Shown here in pieces: positions 54,893-64,000 of a stretch of 64,000 bases of DNA. The notes below the pieces were generated by a model. It searched no databases. It had not been told where the DNA came from and was given only the letters and a program-made list of their open reading frames with translations. The stretch is from Thermoplasmata archaeon (GTDB lineage: Archaea > Thermoplasmatota > E2 > JACPAO01 > JAHFTW01), in NCBI GenBank assembly GCA_034667725.1, contig JAXDQS010000010.1:64001-128000 (forward strand), read 5' to 3'. Position 1 is the stretch's first letter. The number at the start of each line of letters is the position of its first letter. Position numbers and translations under genes: made by a program.

Positions 54893-54957
54893 GCTCGTCG
54901 CGGGCGCCGACCCTGGCGCCATCCAAAAGGGTTCGGATTGCCTGGTGCCCCATCCGG

Positions 54958-55470
54958 CGAGCATGGATTCGCTCAGATTCAGAGGGTTCCCACAGAGGTC
55001 TGTGCATTTTTTGGCTAGGCCCAGCCAACTCCAAAGGCAGGGTCTGTGGAATCTAGCACCCGTCGGGCCCTGATTCCCTCCGATTCGGAAGATGCCACAG
55101 ATCATCTGTGGAATTTTGGCTAGGCCCTGCCAACTCTAAAGCCAGGGTCTGTGGAATCTGTGTGCGTCGGGCGCCCGACGAGCACTGATTCCCTCAGATT
55201 CGGAAGATTCCCACAGACCCTATGTGGAATTCTGTTCCTAGGCCCCGCCAGAACCAAAGCCAGGGTCTGTGGAATCGGTGTGCGTGGGGCCCTGACGAGC
55301 ACTGATTTGCACAGATTCGGAAGATTCCCACAGGCCATCTGCGGAATTTTCTAGCTAGGCGCCGCCACATCCAATGTCGGGGTCCGTGGAATCTGTGTGC
55401 GTGGGGTCCCTGACGGGCACCGATTCCCAGATTCGGAAGATTCCCACAGAACTCTGTGGAATCTGTGTCC
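54958..55470 (+). repeat. Tandem array of ~117-bp composite units (about 4.5 copies)
   Basis: GATTCGGAAGATTCCCACAGA-like marker at ~54975, 55082, 55197, 55314, 55430. Confidence 0.9.
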
Positions 55471-55554
55471 CGGCGGGCATTGGCGGACGGTCGTCGGTGT
55501 TTCAGGGGGGTTCCAGCACCGTTTTGAAGGGCACCGGTGTGGCGCGCGCCGTCC

Positions 55555-57204
55555 ATGGTCGCGGCCCAGTACGTGATCGCTGCTGAAACCCACAAGCGCC
55601 GTGGCCTGTCGCGTTGGCTCACCACCACCGACCACAAGGAGATCGGCCTGATGTACCTCTGGGCCGGCTTCGTGTTCTTCATCCTGGGCGGCATCGCGGC
55701 CCTCCTGATGCGCCTGGAGCTCTACTCGCCGGGCGAGCAGATGATCACGGGCGAGTCGTTCAACGAGCTGTTCTCGCTGCACGGCACCACCATGGTGTTC
55801 CTGTGGATCATGCCCGCCCTGGCCGGCCTGGGCAACTACTTCGTGCCCATCATGGTCAAGGCGAAGGACATGGCGTTCCCCCGCGTCAACGCCCTGTCGT
55901 TCTGGCTCATCCCGCCCGCGGGCATCCTGCTGTACCTGCCGCTCATCCTGTCCGGGATGCGCGCGGTCAACGTCACCTGGGTCGGCCACGCACCGCTCTC
56001 GACCATGACGCAGAACCCCGGCCTCGACATGTGGCTCCTGGCCTTGGTGCTGCTGGGCATCGCCTCCACGCTGGGCAGCGTCAACTTCCTCGTCACCATC
56101 TTCAAGATGCGCGGCCCCGGCGTCCACCTGCACAACATGCCGCTGTTCGTGTGGGCCCAGCTTGCCACCTCGATCCTGCTGGTGTTCTCGCTGCCCGTCG
56201 TCACCGTCGCGTTCGGGATGCTGCTTCTGGACCGCAACTACGGCACCCACTTCTTCACCGGCTCGGCCACGGCGGAGCCCATCCTGTACCAGCACCTGTT
56301 CTGGTTCTTCGGCCATCCCGAAGTGTACGTGCTCATCCTGCCGCTCATGGGCGTCCTCAACGAGGTCATCCCCAAGTTCAGCCGCCGCCCGGTCTTCGGC
56401 TACACCTCGATGGCCTACGCCATGCTGGGCATCGCCATCGTCGGCTTCCTGGTGTGGGCGCACCACATGTTCACCACGGGCATCAACCCCACCGTGCGCG
56501 CCGTCTTCATGTTCAACACGATGCTGGTCGGCGTCCCCACCGGCATCAAGGTGTTCAACTGGCTCTCCACCATGTGGGGCGGCCAGCTCAGCCTCAAGGC
56601 CCCGATGAAGCACTGCCTCGGCTTCATCTGGCTGTTCGTGATCGGTGGCATCACCGGCGTCATGCTGGGCGCCATCCCGCTCGACTACCACCTGCACGAC
56701 TCCTACTTCGTGGTCGCGCACTTCCACTACACCATGGTGGGCGGCGCCGTGTTCGGCATCTTCGCGGGCATCTACTACTGGTACCCCATGCTGGCCGCCG
56801 GCCGGATGTACAACGAGCGCCTGGCAACCTGGCACTTCTGGCTGATGTTCGCCGGCTTCAACCTCACGTTCTTCCCGCAGTTCGTGATGGGCCTCTACGG
56901 GATGCCGCGCCGCATCTTCGACTACGACGGCAACATCCCGCACCTGGAGACGCTCAACCAGCTCTCGACCGTCGGCGCCTTCATGATCGCCGCCTCGATC
57001 GCGGTGTTCCTCTACAACGTCGCCTACAGCCACGCCAAGGACCTCCGCGTCACCCGCGACCCCTGGGGCGGCGCCCGCCACATCGAGTGGAAGCTGTGGG
57101 AGGAGGGGCGCGTCGTCCTCGGCCAAGGCCTCATCACCGACCACGAGCCCGAGCCCCTGCACGTGCAGGAGGCCCGCCGGCTGCGCGAGCTGGAGGCGGC
57201 CTAG
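55555..57204 (+). CDS. coxA: Cytochrome c oxidase subunit I (A1 type)
   Basis: DHKEIG, WFFGHPEVYV, WAHHM, VVAHFHY, MPRR. Confidence 0.96.
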   Translation: MVAAQYVIAAETHKRRGLSRWLTTTDHKEIGLMYLWAGFVFFILGGIAALLMRLELYSPGEQMITGESFNELFSLHGTTMVFLWIMPALAGLGNYFVPIMVKAKDMAFPRVNALSFWLIPPAGILLYLPLILSGMRAVNVTWVGHAPLSTMTQNPGLDMWLLALVLLGIASTLGSVNFLVTIFKMRGPGVHLHNMPLFVWAQLATSILLVFSLPVVTVAFGMLLLDRNYGTHFFTGSATAEPILYQHLFWFFGHPEVYVLILPLMGVLNEVIPKFSRRPVFGYTSMAYAMLGIAIVGFLVWAHHMFTTGINPTVRAVFMFNTMLVGVPTGIKVFNWLSTMWGGQLSLKAPMKHCLGFIWLFVIGGITGVMLGAIPLDYHLHDSYFVVAHFHYTMVGGAVFGIFAGIYYWYPMLAAGRMYNERLATWHFWLMFAGFNLTFFPQFVMGLYGMPRRIFDYDGNIPHLETLNQLSTVGAFMIAASIAVFLYNVAYSHAKDLRVTRDPWGGARHIEWKLWEEGRVVLGQGLITDHEPEPLHVQEARRLRELEAA

Positions 57205-58113
57205 ATGTCCATCTCGGTCCAGCGCGGCGAGGCCGTGGCCGCCGGCGGCCCCGAGCACGCCCAGCCCCATGAGATGCACCTGCCGCACGGCTCCTGGTGG
57301 CCGTTCATCCTGGCGGTCGCGATGGCCCTTCTGGGCATCGGCGTCCTGGTGTTCGGCAGCGGCTACAAGTCCTCGATGCACAAGGACATCGACCCCCTGA
57401 GCGGCATGGAGGTCGGCGAGGCCTACCGCCACTGGGGCGAGACCTACGTCGGCCTCGGCGTGCTCGTCCTCGGCGTCCTCGCGGTCGTCGGCGCGCTGGC
57501 CGGCTGGTTCGTCCAAGACCACAAGTGGTGGTGGCAGAACGTCGGCACCGGCACCCACATCCCGAAGGTCGGCGCCCTGCTGTTCATCAGCTCCGAGATC
57601 TTCCTGTTCGGCGCGCTGTTCGCGAACTACTTCACCTTCCAGAGCCTCAACGCCGGCCACTGGCCCGACGCCGAGCTCGAGCTGCCGCTCCTGAAGACCG
57701 GCATCTTCACGCTGTTCCTGTTCGCCTCGTCCGGCACCATCCACATGGCCGAGCACAACCTCAAGCGCGGCCACCACAAGGCGTTCGTCAACTGGTGGGG
57801 CCTCACCATCCTGCTGGGCGCGGTGTTCCTGGGCGGCCAGGTCATGGAGTACAGCAACCTCATCCACGAGGGCCACACCCTGGGCTCGTCGCAGTTCATC
57901 ACGGCGTTCTACATCCTGACCGGCGCCCACGGCCTGCACGTCTTCGGCGGCCTATGCCTCCTCCTGGTGATGTGGCTGCGCGCCCGCAAGGGCCAGTTCA
58001 CCCCCGAACGCCACGCCGGCCCGATGGTCGCCAGCATGTACTGGCACTTCGTCGACATCGTCTGGGTGTTCGTGTTCAGCATCCTCTACGTCGCGCCGCT
58101 GTTGGGGCACTAG
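57205..58113 (+). CDS. coxC: Cytochrome c oxidase subunit III
   Basis: SWWPF, SEIFLF, TGAHGLHV, YWHFVDIVW. Confidence 0.93.
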   Translation: MSISVQRGEAVAAGGPEHAQPHEMHLPHGSWWPFILAVAMALLGIGVLVFGSGYKSSMHKDIDPLSGMEVGEAYRHWGETYVGLGVLVLGVLAVVGALAGWFVQDHKWWWQNVGTGTHIPKVGALLFISSEIFLFGALFANYFTFQSLNAGHWPDAELELPLLKTGIFTLFLFASSGTIHMAEHNLKRGHHKAFVNWWGLTILLGAVFLGGQVMEYSNLIHEGHTLGSSQFITAFYILTGAHGLHVFGGLCLLLVMWLRARKGQFTPERHAGPMVASMYWHFVDIVWVFVFSILYVAPLLGH

Positions 58114-58341
58114 ATGGGCGAGCGCGCCAAGGTCCGCAACCTGGTGCGGTTCGTGGCGCTGTTCGTCGCCGTTCCCACCCTCACCATCGGCGCCACCATG
58201 GCGGTCTGGGACCCGGTCAGCCACAGCTGGCATATGGTGCTGTTCCTGATCCTGGGAGCCGCCGCGCTGGGCGTCATGGCGCTGGCGCCCCGGCTGGCGG
58301 CGCGATGGGTGCCCGAGGACGCCGACGCAGAAGGCGCCTGA
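58114..58341 (+). CDS. Small 2-TM protein, possible oxidase accessory subunit
   Basis: Abuts the coxC stop; two TM helices. Confidence 0.55.
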   Translation: MGERAKVRNLVRFVALFVAVPTLTIGATMAVWDPVSHSWHMVLFLILGAAALGVMALAPRLAARWVPEDADAEGA

Positions 58342-58400
58342 AGCCACGGACGGACGGCCACCGCCCGACTGGACCACGGGTCCACAGAGCGCCCCTCCTG

Positions 58401-58579
58401 GGCACAGATTCCACAGAATCCAGGCTTTGGATCTGGCGGGGCCTAGGAACAGAATTCCACAGACCGTCTGTGGGAATCTTCCGAATCTGGGCGAATCGGT
58501 GCCCGTCGGGCGCCCGACGCACACAGACTCCACAGACCTCGGTGAGAATCTTCCGAATCTGAGCGAATCAGTGCTCGTC
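58401..58579 (-). repeat. ~117-bp unit array, about 1.5 copies, inverted
   Basis: TCTGTGGGAATCTTCCGAATCTG; same variable arm as 55231. Confidence 0.88.
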
Positions 58580-58671
58580 TGGGAGCATGGCCGCCATGTT
58601 CCCGCTTCGGCCATTCCCGCCGTCATCCGGCTACAAGAACGGTTAAACCCGCGAAACCAGCGCTCGGGGCC

Positions 58672-59844
58672 ATGCGCAACGGCGTCCTCGCCCTCGCCGC
58701 CTTGGCTTGCATGGCCTTGGCCGGCTGCACGGGCGGCACCGACGAGCCCACCCTCACGACCCAGGCCGTTCGGCAACTGGACGAAGGCGTCGACCGCGTG
58801 GACGTCCCGCTGCTGCCCCGCGAGGCGCCTGCCCCCGGCACCCGCACGACGGCCGCGCCCCCCGAGTGGCGCCTGGGCGAATTCTGGGAGTACGCGATCA
58901 CCGATCACTTCGCGGGCAACACCATCACGACGACCCGGGTCGTGGCCGGCACGGACGGCGGCAACTACCTCGTCGGCTTCCCGCTGGAGGCGTTCGACAA
59001 TGACGTGCTCATCTTCCACATGCCCGGCTACGGCGACGTCAGCCAGGCGGACCTGAGCTTCGAGGCCCACGACGTCGTCTATGCGCCCTTGAAGTTCCCG
59101 CTCACGGCCGGCGAGTCCTGGCCCACCGCGTGGGAAGGCATCTCCGGCACGGCCACCGTCCTGTCCGCGACCCCGCAGCAGGCGGAAGTGCGCATCGTCG
59201 CCGACAACGGCGGCTACGACATCACCGCCACCTACGACGCCGAGATGGGCGAGATCATCAAGGTCGCCTACCCCGGCTACATGGACTACGAAGTCACCCG
59301 GCACGGCTACGGCTACACGGGCCTGGTGCGCGTCCCGCACGCCCACGACCTGGTGTTCCAGAACGGCCGCCTCGGCCCGTGGGACATTCAGCAGAACATC
59401 GTCCAGGACGCCGTCCCCGCCGACCTGCAGGACACGGTGGAGGTCGGCCCCGGCTACGACCGCCTCGCCTTCACCATCATCGTGGGCGGCGGCCCAAGCC
59501 TCCTGGTCCCCGAGGCCCAAGGCACGCCCAGCGGCGGCTACTTCAAGGAGACCGTCACCGCGCCCAACGGCACCGTGTTCATGCTCGAGCAACTGCCCAA
59601 CGAGACCGGCCTCAAAATCCAGTTCTTCGGCACCGGCGACCCCGTCGGCACCTGGACCCTCGACCACCAGGCCGGCGGCGCAGGCATCGTGCTGACCGAA
59701 GGCATCGGCTACCACTCCATCGACATCGAGCTGCCAAGCGGCTGCGTCCTGCGGTCCCAGAACGCCCTGCACCACACCACGCTCTGCAAGGCCGACGAGC
59801 AGGGCCAAGCCCAAATGGCGGCCACCACGTCCACGGCGGCGTGA
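58672..59844 (+). CDS. Lipoprotein of unknown function
   Basis: LAGC lipobox; PPEWRLGEFWEY motif. Confidence 0.8.
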   Translation: MRNGVLALAALACMALAGCTGGTDEPTLTTQAVRQLDEGVDRVDVPLLPREAPAPGTRTTAAPPEWRLGEFWEYAITDHFAGNTITTTRVVAGTDGGNYLVGFPLEAFDNDVLIFHMPGYGDVSQADLSFEAHDVVYAPLKFPLTAGESWPTAWEGISGTATVLSATPQQAEVRIVADNGGYDITATYDAEMGEIIKVAYPGYMDYEVTRHGYGYTGLVRVPHAHDLVFQNGRLGPWDIQQNIVQDAVPADLQDTVEVGPGYDRLAFTIIVGGGPSLLVPEAQGTPSGGYFKETVTAPNGTVFMLEQLPNETGLKIQFFGTGDPVGTWTLDHQAGGAGIVLTEGIGYHSIDIELPSGCVLRSQNALHHTTLCKADEQGQAQMAATTSTAA

Positions 59845-60245
59845 CGGGCCCGCTCAACCTCAAGCGCCACCCCAAGGCCGTCCCCATCCAGGACGTGGCG
59901 GGCCACCCCGCCTTCGCCGAGGGGATTCGCCTGTTCAACCACGGCGAGCACTGGCACGCCCACGAGGCGCTGGAGCCGGTCTGGATGGGCCTGGAAGGCG
60001 ACGACAAGCTGGCCGTCCAAGCCATCATCATGGCGGCCGCGATGCTGGTGCAGTACGGCAAGCGGATCGAGCGCGGGGTCGCCAACCACTGGGCCAACGT
60101 CCGGGCTCGCGCCGAAGGCCGTGCGCCGACCTGGGGCGTGGACTACCCGGGGCTGCTGCGGCAGCTGGAGCCGTACGCGGAGGCGGCGGCGCGGCACGAG
60201 TGGGGGCTGGACCCGAAGGCCGTGCAGATTGCCTGGAGCCGCTAG
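59841..60245 (+). CDS. DUF309-family protein
   Basis: GIRLFNHGEHWHAHEALEPVW. Confidence 0.85.
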   Translation: MTGPLNLKRHPKAVPIQDVAGHPAFAEGIRLFNHGEHWHAHEALEPVWMGLEGDDKLAVQAIIMAAAMLVQYGKRIERGVANHWANVRARAEGRAPTWGVDYPGLLRQLEPYAEAAARHEWGLDPKAVQIAWSR

Positions 60246-60252
60246 GCCGACT

Positions 60253-60665
60253 GGACCCAGATTCCACAGAGTTCTGTGGGAATCTTCCGAATCTGAGGGA
60301 ATCGGTGCCCGTCGGGCGCCCGACGCACACAGATTCCACAGACCCCGACATTGGATGTGGCGGCGCCTAGCTAGAAAATTCCACAGATGGTCTGTGGGAA
60401 TCTTCCGAATCTGTGCAAATCAGTGCTCGTCAAGGGCCCCACGCACTCCGATTCCACAGACCCTGGCTTTGGATTTGGCAGGGCCTAGCCAAACTTCCGC
60501 CGAGTTCTGTGGGAATCTTCCCAATCTGTGAAAATCAGTGCCCGTCCGTTTTCCCGACGCACACAGATTCCACAGACCCTGGCTTTGGTCCTGGCGGGGC
60601 CTAGGAACAGAATTCCACAGATGGTTTGTGGGAATCTTCCCAATCTGTGCGAATCGGTGCTCGAC
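60253..60665 (-). repeat. ~117-bp unit array, about 3.5 copies, inverted
   Basis: Marker at 60273, 60391, 60506, 60625. Confidence 0.9.
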
Positions 60666-60744
60666 TCGTTCAGGCCGGCATGAACCGGTTCGGCCACCCC
60701 TGCCCCAACCCTGAACAACCCGCAAGCTTGGCCCCCCTCCGTCC

Positions 60745-62520
60745 ATGACGGTCGTCCCAGGGCACCTGACGCACCGGCAGATCCTGCTGGTGTTCTCCGG
60801 CCTGATGCTGGGCATGTTCCTGGCCGCGCTCGACCAGACCATCGTGTCGGCAGCGCTTCCCACCATCGCGGCCGACCTCGGCGGCTTCGACAAGATCACC
60901 TGGGTCGTCACCTCGTACCTGCTGACCAGCACCGTCACCATCCTGCTGTGGGGCAAGCTGTCGGACATCTACGGCCGCAAGGTCATGTTCCAGGCCTCGA
61001 TCGGCACCTTCCTCGTCGCCTCGGTCCTGATCGGGCTTGCCCCGGACATGACGTGGCTCATGGTCGGCCGCGGCCTGCAAGGGGTCGGCGCCGGCGGCAT
61101 CATGAGCCTGGCGTTCGCCATCATCGGCGACATCCTAAGCCCCCGCGAGCGCGGCAAGTACATGGGCCTCATGGGATCGGTGTTCCTGCTCGCCAGCGTC
61201 CTCGGCCCCCTTCTGGGCGGGCTCATCGTCGACCACCTCTCCTGGCGCTGGATCTTCTACGTCAACCTCCCCATCGGCATCCCGGCCCTGGTCGTGACCG
61301 GCATCGTGCTGCGGCTGCCGTTCGCCAGGCACCCCCAGAAGGTGGACGTCGCCGGCGCCATCCTGCTGACCTTGGGCTCGTCGATGCTGATCCTCGCCCT
61401 CGTGTGGGGCGGCGACCTGGCGCCCTGGGGCGGCTACACGCTGCGCTGGCTCCCCGGCGTCGGCGACCCCACGGGCGCGGCCCCCGGCTTGGACGCTTTC
61501 CTCGCCGACTGGTTCGTGAGCCTGCTGTTCGCCGGCGCGGTCCTGGTGCTTGGCGTGTTCACGGCCGTCGAGGCCCGCCGCGCCCAGCCGCTGCTGCCGT
61601 TGTCGCTGTTCCGCGACCGCACCTTCGCCATCTCGTCGGCGGTGTCGTTCGTCGTGGGGGCCGCGATGTTCGGCGGCTTCGTGTTCCTGCCGACCTACCT
61701 GCAGATCTCGACCGGCGTCTCCGCCACCATGTCGGGCTTCCTGCTGCTGCCGATGGTGCTCGGCCTCATGCCGATGTCCACCGCGTCGGGCATCATCATC
61801 AGCAAGACCGGCCGCTACAAGTGGTGGCCCTTGGCCGGGCTGCCCATCACCGCCGTCGGCATGCTGCTCTTGTCCCAGATCGCGCCGGACACGCCGCAGG
61901 CCTACGTCGCGCTCGGGATGTTCCTGCTGGGCGCCGGCATCGGGATGGTGATGCAGGTCATGGTGCTCGCCGTCCAGAACGCCCTCGACATGCGCCAGAT
62001 GGGAGTGGGCACCGCCGCGAACAACTTCATGCGCAGCATGGGCAGCGTCATCGGTGTCGCCTTCTTCGGCGTCGTGTTCAACCAGCACATCCGCGCGGCC
62101 CTCAAGGACCTCGCCGCCCAAGGCGTCGACCCCGCCGTCGTGGCCGAGATCCTCCGGAGCGACCCCGCGAAGCTGCGCGACTTGGCGCCGGCCATCCGCG
62201 ACCCCGTGGCCGCCGCCGTGGCCAGCGGCGTCGGCGACGTGTTCCTCTACGCCGTCCCGCTCGTGCTGCTCGCCCTCGTGCTGACGTTCTTCCTCAAGGA
62301 GGTCCCGCTCCGGTCGACCCGCAACGTCGGCGCCGCGGCCGCCATGGAGGGCGCGGAGGCCGCCATGGTCGAGGCCGCCGAGGAGACCGTGCCCGTGGCG
62401 CCTGCCGTCCCGGTCGCGCGGCCGGCGCCGCTGCCGGCCCACCGGCCCGTACCCAAAGGCCTGAGCATCGAGGAAGTGCAGCGCCGCGTCGACGCGCTGC
62501 CGCCGCCGCGCCGCCGCTAG
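60745..62520 (+). CDS. MFS drug:H+ antiporter (DHA2, EmrB/QacA)
   Basis: LDQTIVSAALP, GKLSDIYGRK, WRWIFYVNLP. Confidence 0.93.
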   Translation: MTVVPGHLTHRQILLVFSGLMLGMFLAALDQTIVSAALPTIAADLGGFDKITWVVTSYLLTSTVTILLWGKLSDIYGRKVMFQASIGTFLVASVLIGLAPDMTWLMVGRGLQGVGAGGIMSLAFAIIGDILSPRERGKYMGLMGSVFLLASVLGPLLGGLIVDHLSWRWIFYVNLPIGIPALVVTGIVLRLPFARHPQKVDVAGAILLTLGSSMLILALVWGGDLAPWGGYTLRWLPGVGDPTGAAPGLDAFLADWFVSLLFAGAVLVLGVFTAVEARRAQPLLPLSLFRDRTFAISSAVSFVVGAAMFGGFVFLPTYLQISTGVSATMSGFLLLPMVLGLMPMSTASGIIISKTGRYKWWPLAGLPITAVGMLLLSQIAPDTPQAYVALGMFLLGAGIGMVMQVMVLAVQNALDMRQMGVGTAANNFMRSMGSVIGVAFFGVVFNQHIRAALKDLAAQGVDPAVVAEILRSDPAKLRDLAPAIRDPVAAAVASGVGDVFLYAVPLVLLALVLTFFLKEVPLRSTRNVGAAAAMEGAEAAMVEAAEETVPVAPAVPVARPAPLPAHRPVPKGLSIEEVQRRVDALPPPRRR

Positions 62521-62521
62521 G

Positions 62522-63013
62522 CTAGAACTTCGCCCGCACCCGCTTGGCGGGCACGCCGGCCCAGAACTCGCCGGGCGGGACGTCGCGCAGCACGACCGAG
62601 CCCGCGCCCACGACGGCGTCCTCGCCGACCGCGACGCCGGGCAGGATGGTGCAGTTCGCCCCGATGGACGCCCGCGCCCCGATGGCCACGTCGCCCAACT
62701 GGTAGGAGCCGTGGGTGTAGCCGTGGCACAGGATGGTGGTGTTGTAGCCCACGATGGCGTCGTCGCCGATGGTGATGCGGCCCGGGAACAGCACGTCGAG
62801 CTGGGCCGACAGGCCGAGGCTCACGTGGCGCCCGACCTTCGCCCCGCTGCGGCGCACCATCCAGTTCTTGAGCGCGAACCACGGCACCGTCTTGCTGCCC
62901 GCCAGCCAGAGGTAGTTCCACGCCACGCGCCACCGGCTCACGTCGCGCCCGAAGTAGTGCAGGCTGTTGCGCGGCCCGCGGCTCGGGCGCACCTCGACGC
63001 GCGGGTGCGGCAT
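62522..63013 (-). CDS. Hexapeptide-repeat acyltransferase
   Basis: IGARASIGANCTILPGVAVGEDAVVGAGSVV, GVPAK. Confidence 0.88.
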   Translation of the reverse strand: MPHPRVEVRPSRGPRNSLHYFGRDVSRWRVAWNYLWLAGSKTVPWFALKNWMVRRSGAKVGRHVSLGLSAQLDVLFPGRITIGDDAIVGYNTTILCHGYTHGSYQLGDVAIGARASIGANCTILPGVAVGEDAVVGAGSVVLRDVPPGEFWAGVPAKRVRAKF

Positions 63014-63825
63014 CAGGCCACCGCGAGGCTCGCCGCGAACCGCTCGGCCGCCGCGCGCGCCTGCGACCGCCAGTCGTCGCCCTTGCCGGCCTGCAGGATG
63101 GCGCGGCCGACGTTGACGACCGCGAAGCGGCCGGTCGCGTCGCCGCCGCGCGCGATCGCGGTCTGCGCGTCGCCGCCTTGCGCACCGACGCCGGGGATCA
63201 GGAGGGGGACGCCGTCGCCGCAGATCGCGCGCAGCCCCGCCAGCTCGTCGGGGTAGGTGGCGCCCGCGACCAGGCCGAGGTTGCCGAACTCGCGGTTCCA
63301 CTCCATCGCCTTGCGCGCCACGGCCTGGTAGAGCCGGGTGCCGCCGCCGACGTCGAGGTCCTGGAAGTCGCCGGCGCTCGCGTTCGAGGTGCGGGCCAGC
63401 AGGAACACGCCCTTGTCCGGGTAGCTTGCAAACGGCTCGACGGTGTCGCGGCCCAGGTACGGGGTCACCGTGACGGCGTCGGCGCCGAGCTCGTCGAACG
63501 CCGCCTGCGCGTACTTGCGCGCCGTGTTGCCGATGTCGTTGCGCTTGCCGTCCAGGATGACGGGGAGCCCCGGCGGCACCGACTCGATGACCTCGGCCAG
63601 CGCGTCGTGGCCCAGTTGCCCGAGCGCCTCGAAGAACGCCGCGTTCGGCTTGACGCAGCACGCCAGGTCCGCGGTGGCCGCCAGGATGCCCTCCAGGAAC
63701 TCCATGGTGTCCTCGGCGTGCATCCCTGCCGGGTAGGCGGCGGGGTCCGGGTCGAGCCCGACGCACAGCCAGGAGCCCGAGCGTTCGGCCGCGGCCGCGA
63801 GCCTCGCGTTGAAGGCGTCCTCCAC
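63013..63825 (-). CDS. pyrF: Orotidine-5'-phosphate decarboxylase
   Basis: LCVGLDP, KPNAAFF, DGKRNDIGNT, RTSN, PGVGAQGG. Confidence 0.93.
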   Translation of the reverse strand: MEDAFNARLAAAAERSGSWLCVGLDPDPAAYPAGMHAEDTMEFLEGILAATADLACCVKPNAAFFEALGQLGHDALAEVIESVPPGLPVILDGKRNDIGNTARKYAQAAFDELGADAVTVTPYLGRDTVEPFASYPDKGVFLLARTSNASAGDFQDLDVGGGTRLYQAVARKAMEWNREFGNLGLVAGATYPDELAGLRAICGDGVPLLIPGVGAQGGDAQTAIARGGDATGRFAVVNVGRAILQAGKGDDWRSQARAAAERFAASLAVA

Positions 63826-63858
63826 GCGGCGGCGAACCCCGCCTTCGGCTTCAAGCTT

Positions 63859-63985
63859 GGCCGGGGGCCGCCGTGCGCGTGAGCGCACAGGACGAGCGTG
63901 CCGGCCCGCGCGTGTAGCGGCGCGCCGGCGCGAGGAGCGGCCCCCTCGTCGGCTGGGGGTCCGGGGCGCGCAGCGCCCCGGCGCC
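63859..63985 (-). repeat. Dispersed ~120-bp REP/MITE-like repeat, copy 3
   Basis: Reverse complement of 45028-45152. Confidence 0.85.
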
Positions 63986-64000
63986 ATCGGATGGCCGCCA

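Noticed and set aside
54958-55470. CRISPR array
   Set aside because: The period is ~117 bp, the variable segments are homologous to each other and recur across loci, and no cas genes are in the window

Overview
Very GC-rich archaeal chromosome segment. The markers (AglB with WWDYG, topoisomerase VI A/B, L44e, S27e, aIF2-alpha, Nop10, archaeal AspRS, DRG GTPase) are archaeal; a Thermoplasmatota-like lineage is my inference. Most of the window is housekeeping or cell-envelope genes, plus a bacterial-type hybrid kinase/HPt phosphorelay and an A1-type heme-copper oxidase whose subunit II is divergently transcribed and fused to a blue-copper domain. The standout is a ~10.7 kb cargo transposon (5865-16578). 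It has 11-bp terminal inverted repeats, a 12-bp flanking direct repeat, and sits between two divergent TATA boxes. It carries a SWIM-like/DDE transposase followed by a paralogue lacking the catalytic core, two C2H2 zinc-finger genes, an array of five 14-bp palindromic sites enclosing four distinct low-complexity cassettes, a multi-hairpin candidate ncRNA, and secreted/lipoprotein cargo with a membrane-anchored double-wHTH regulator. Outside the element are three non-coding repeat phenomena: ~117-bp tandem composite arrays around the cox genes, a ~120-bp dispersed REP/MITE-like family, and hairpin insertions that duplicate gene 3' ends. I saw no CRISPR array, tRNA or rRNA. All calls come from reading motifs by eye; no database searches were run.
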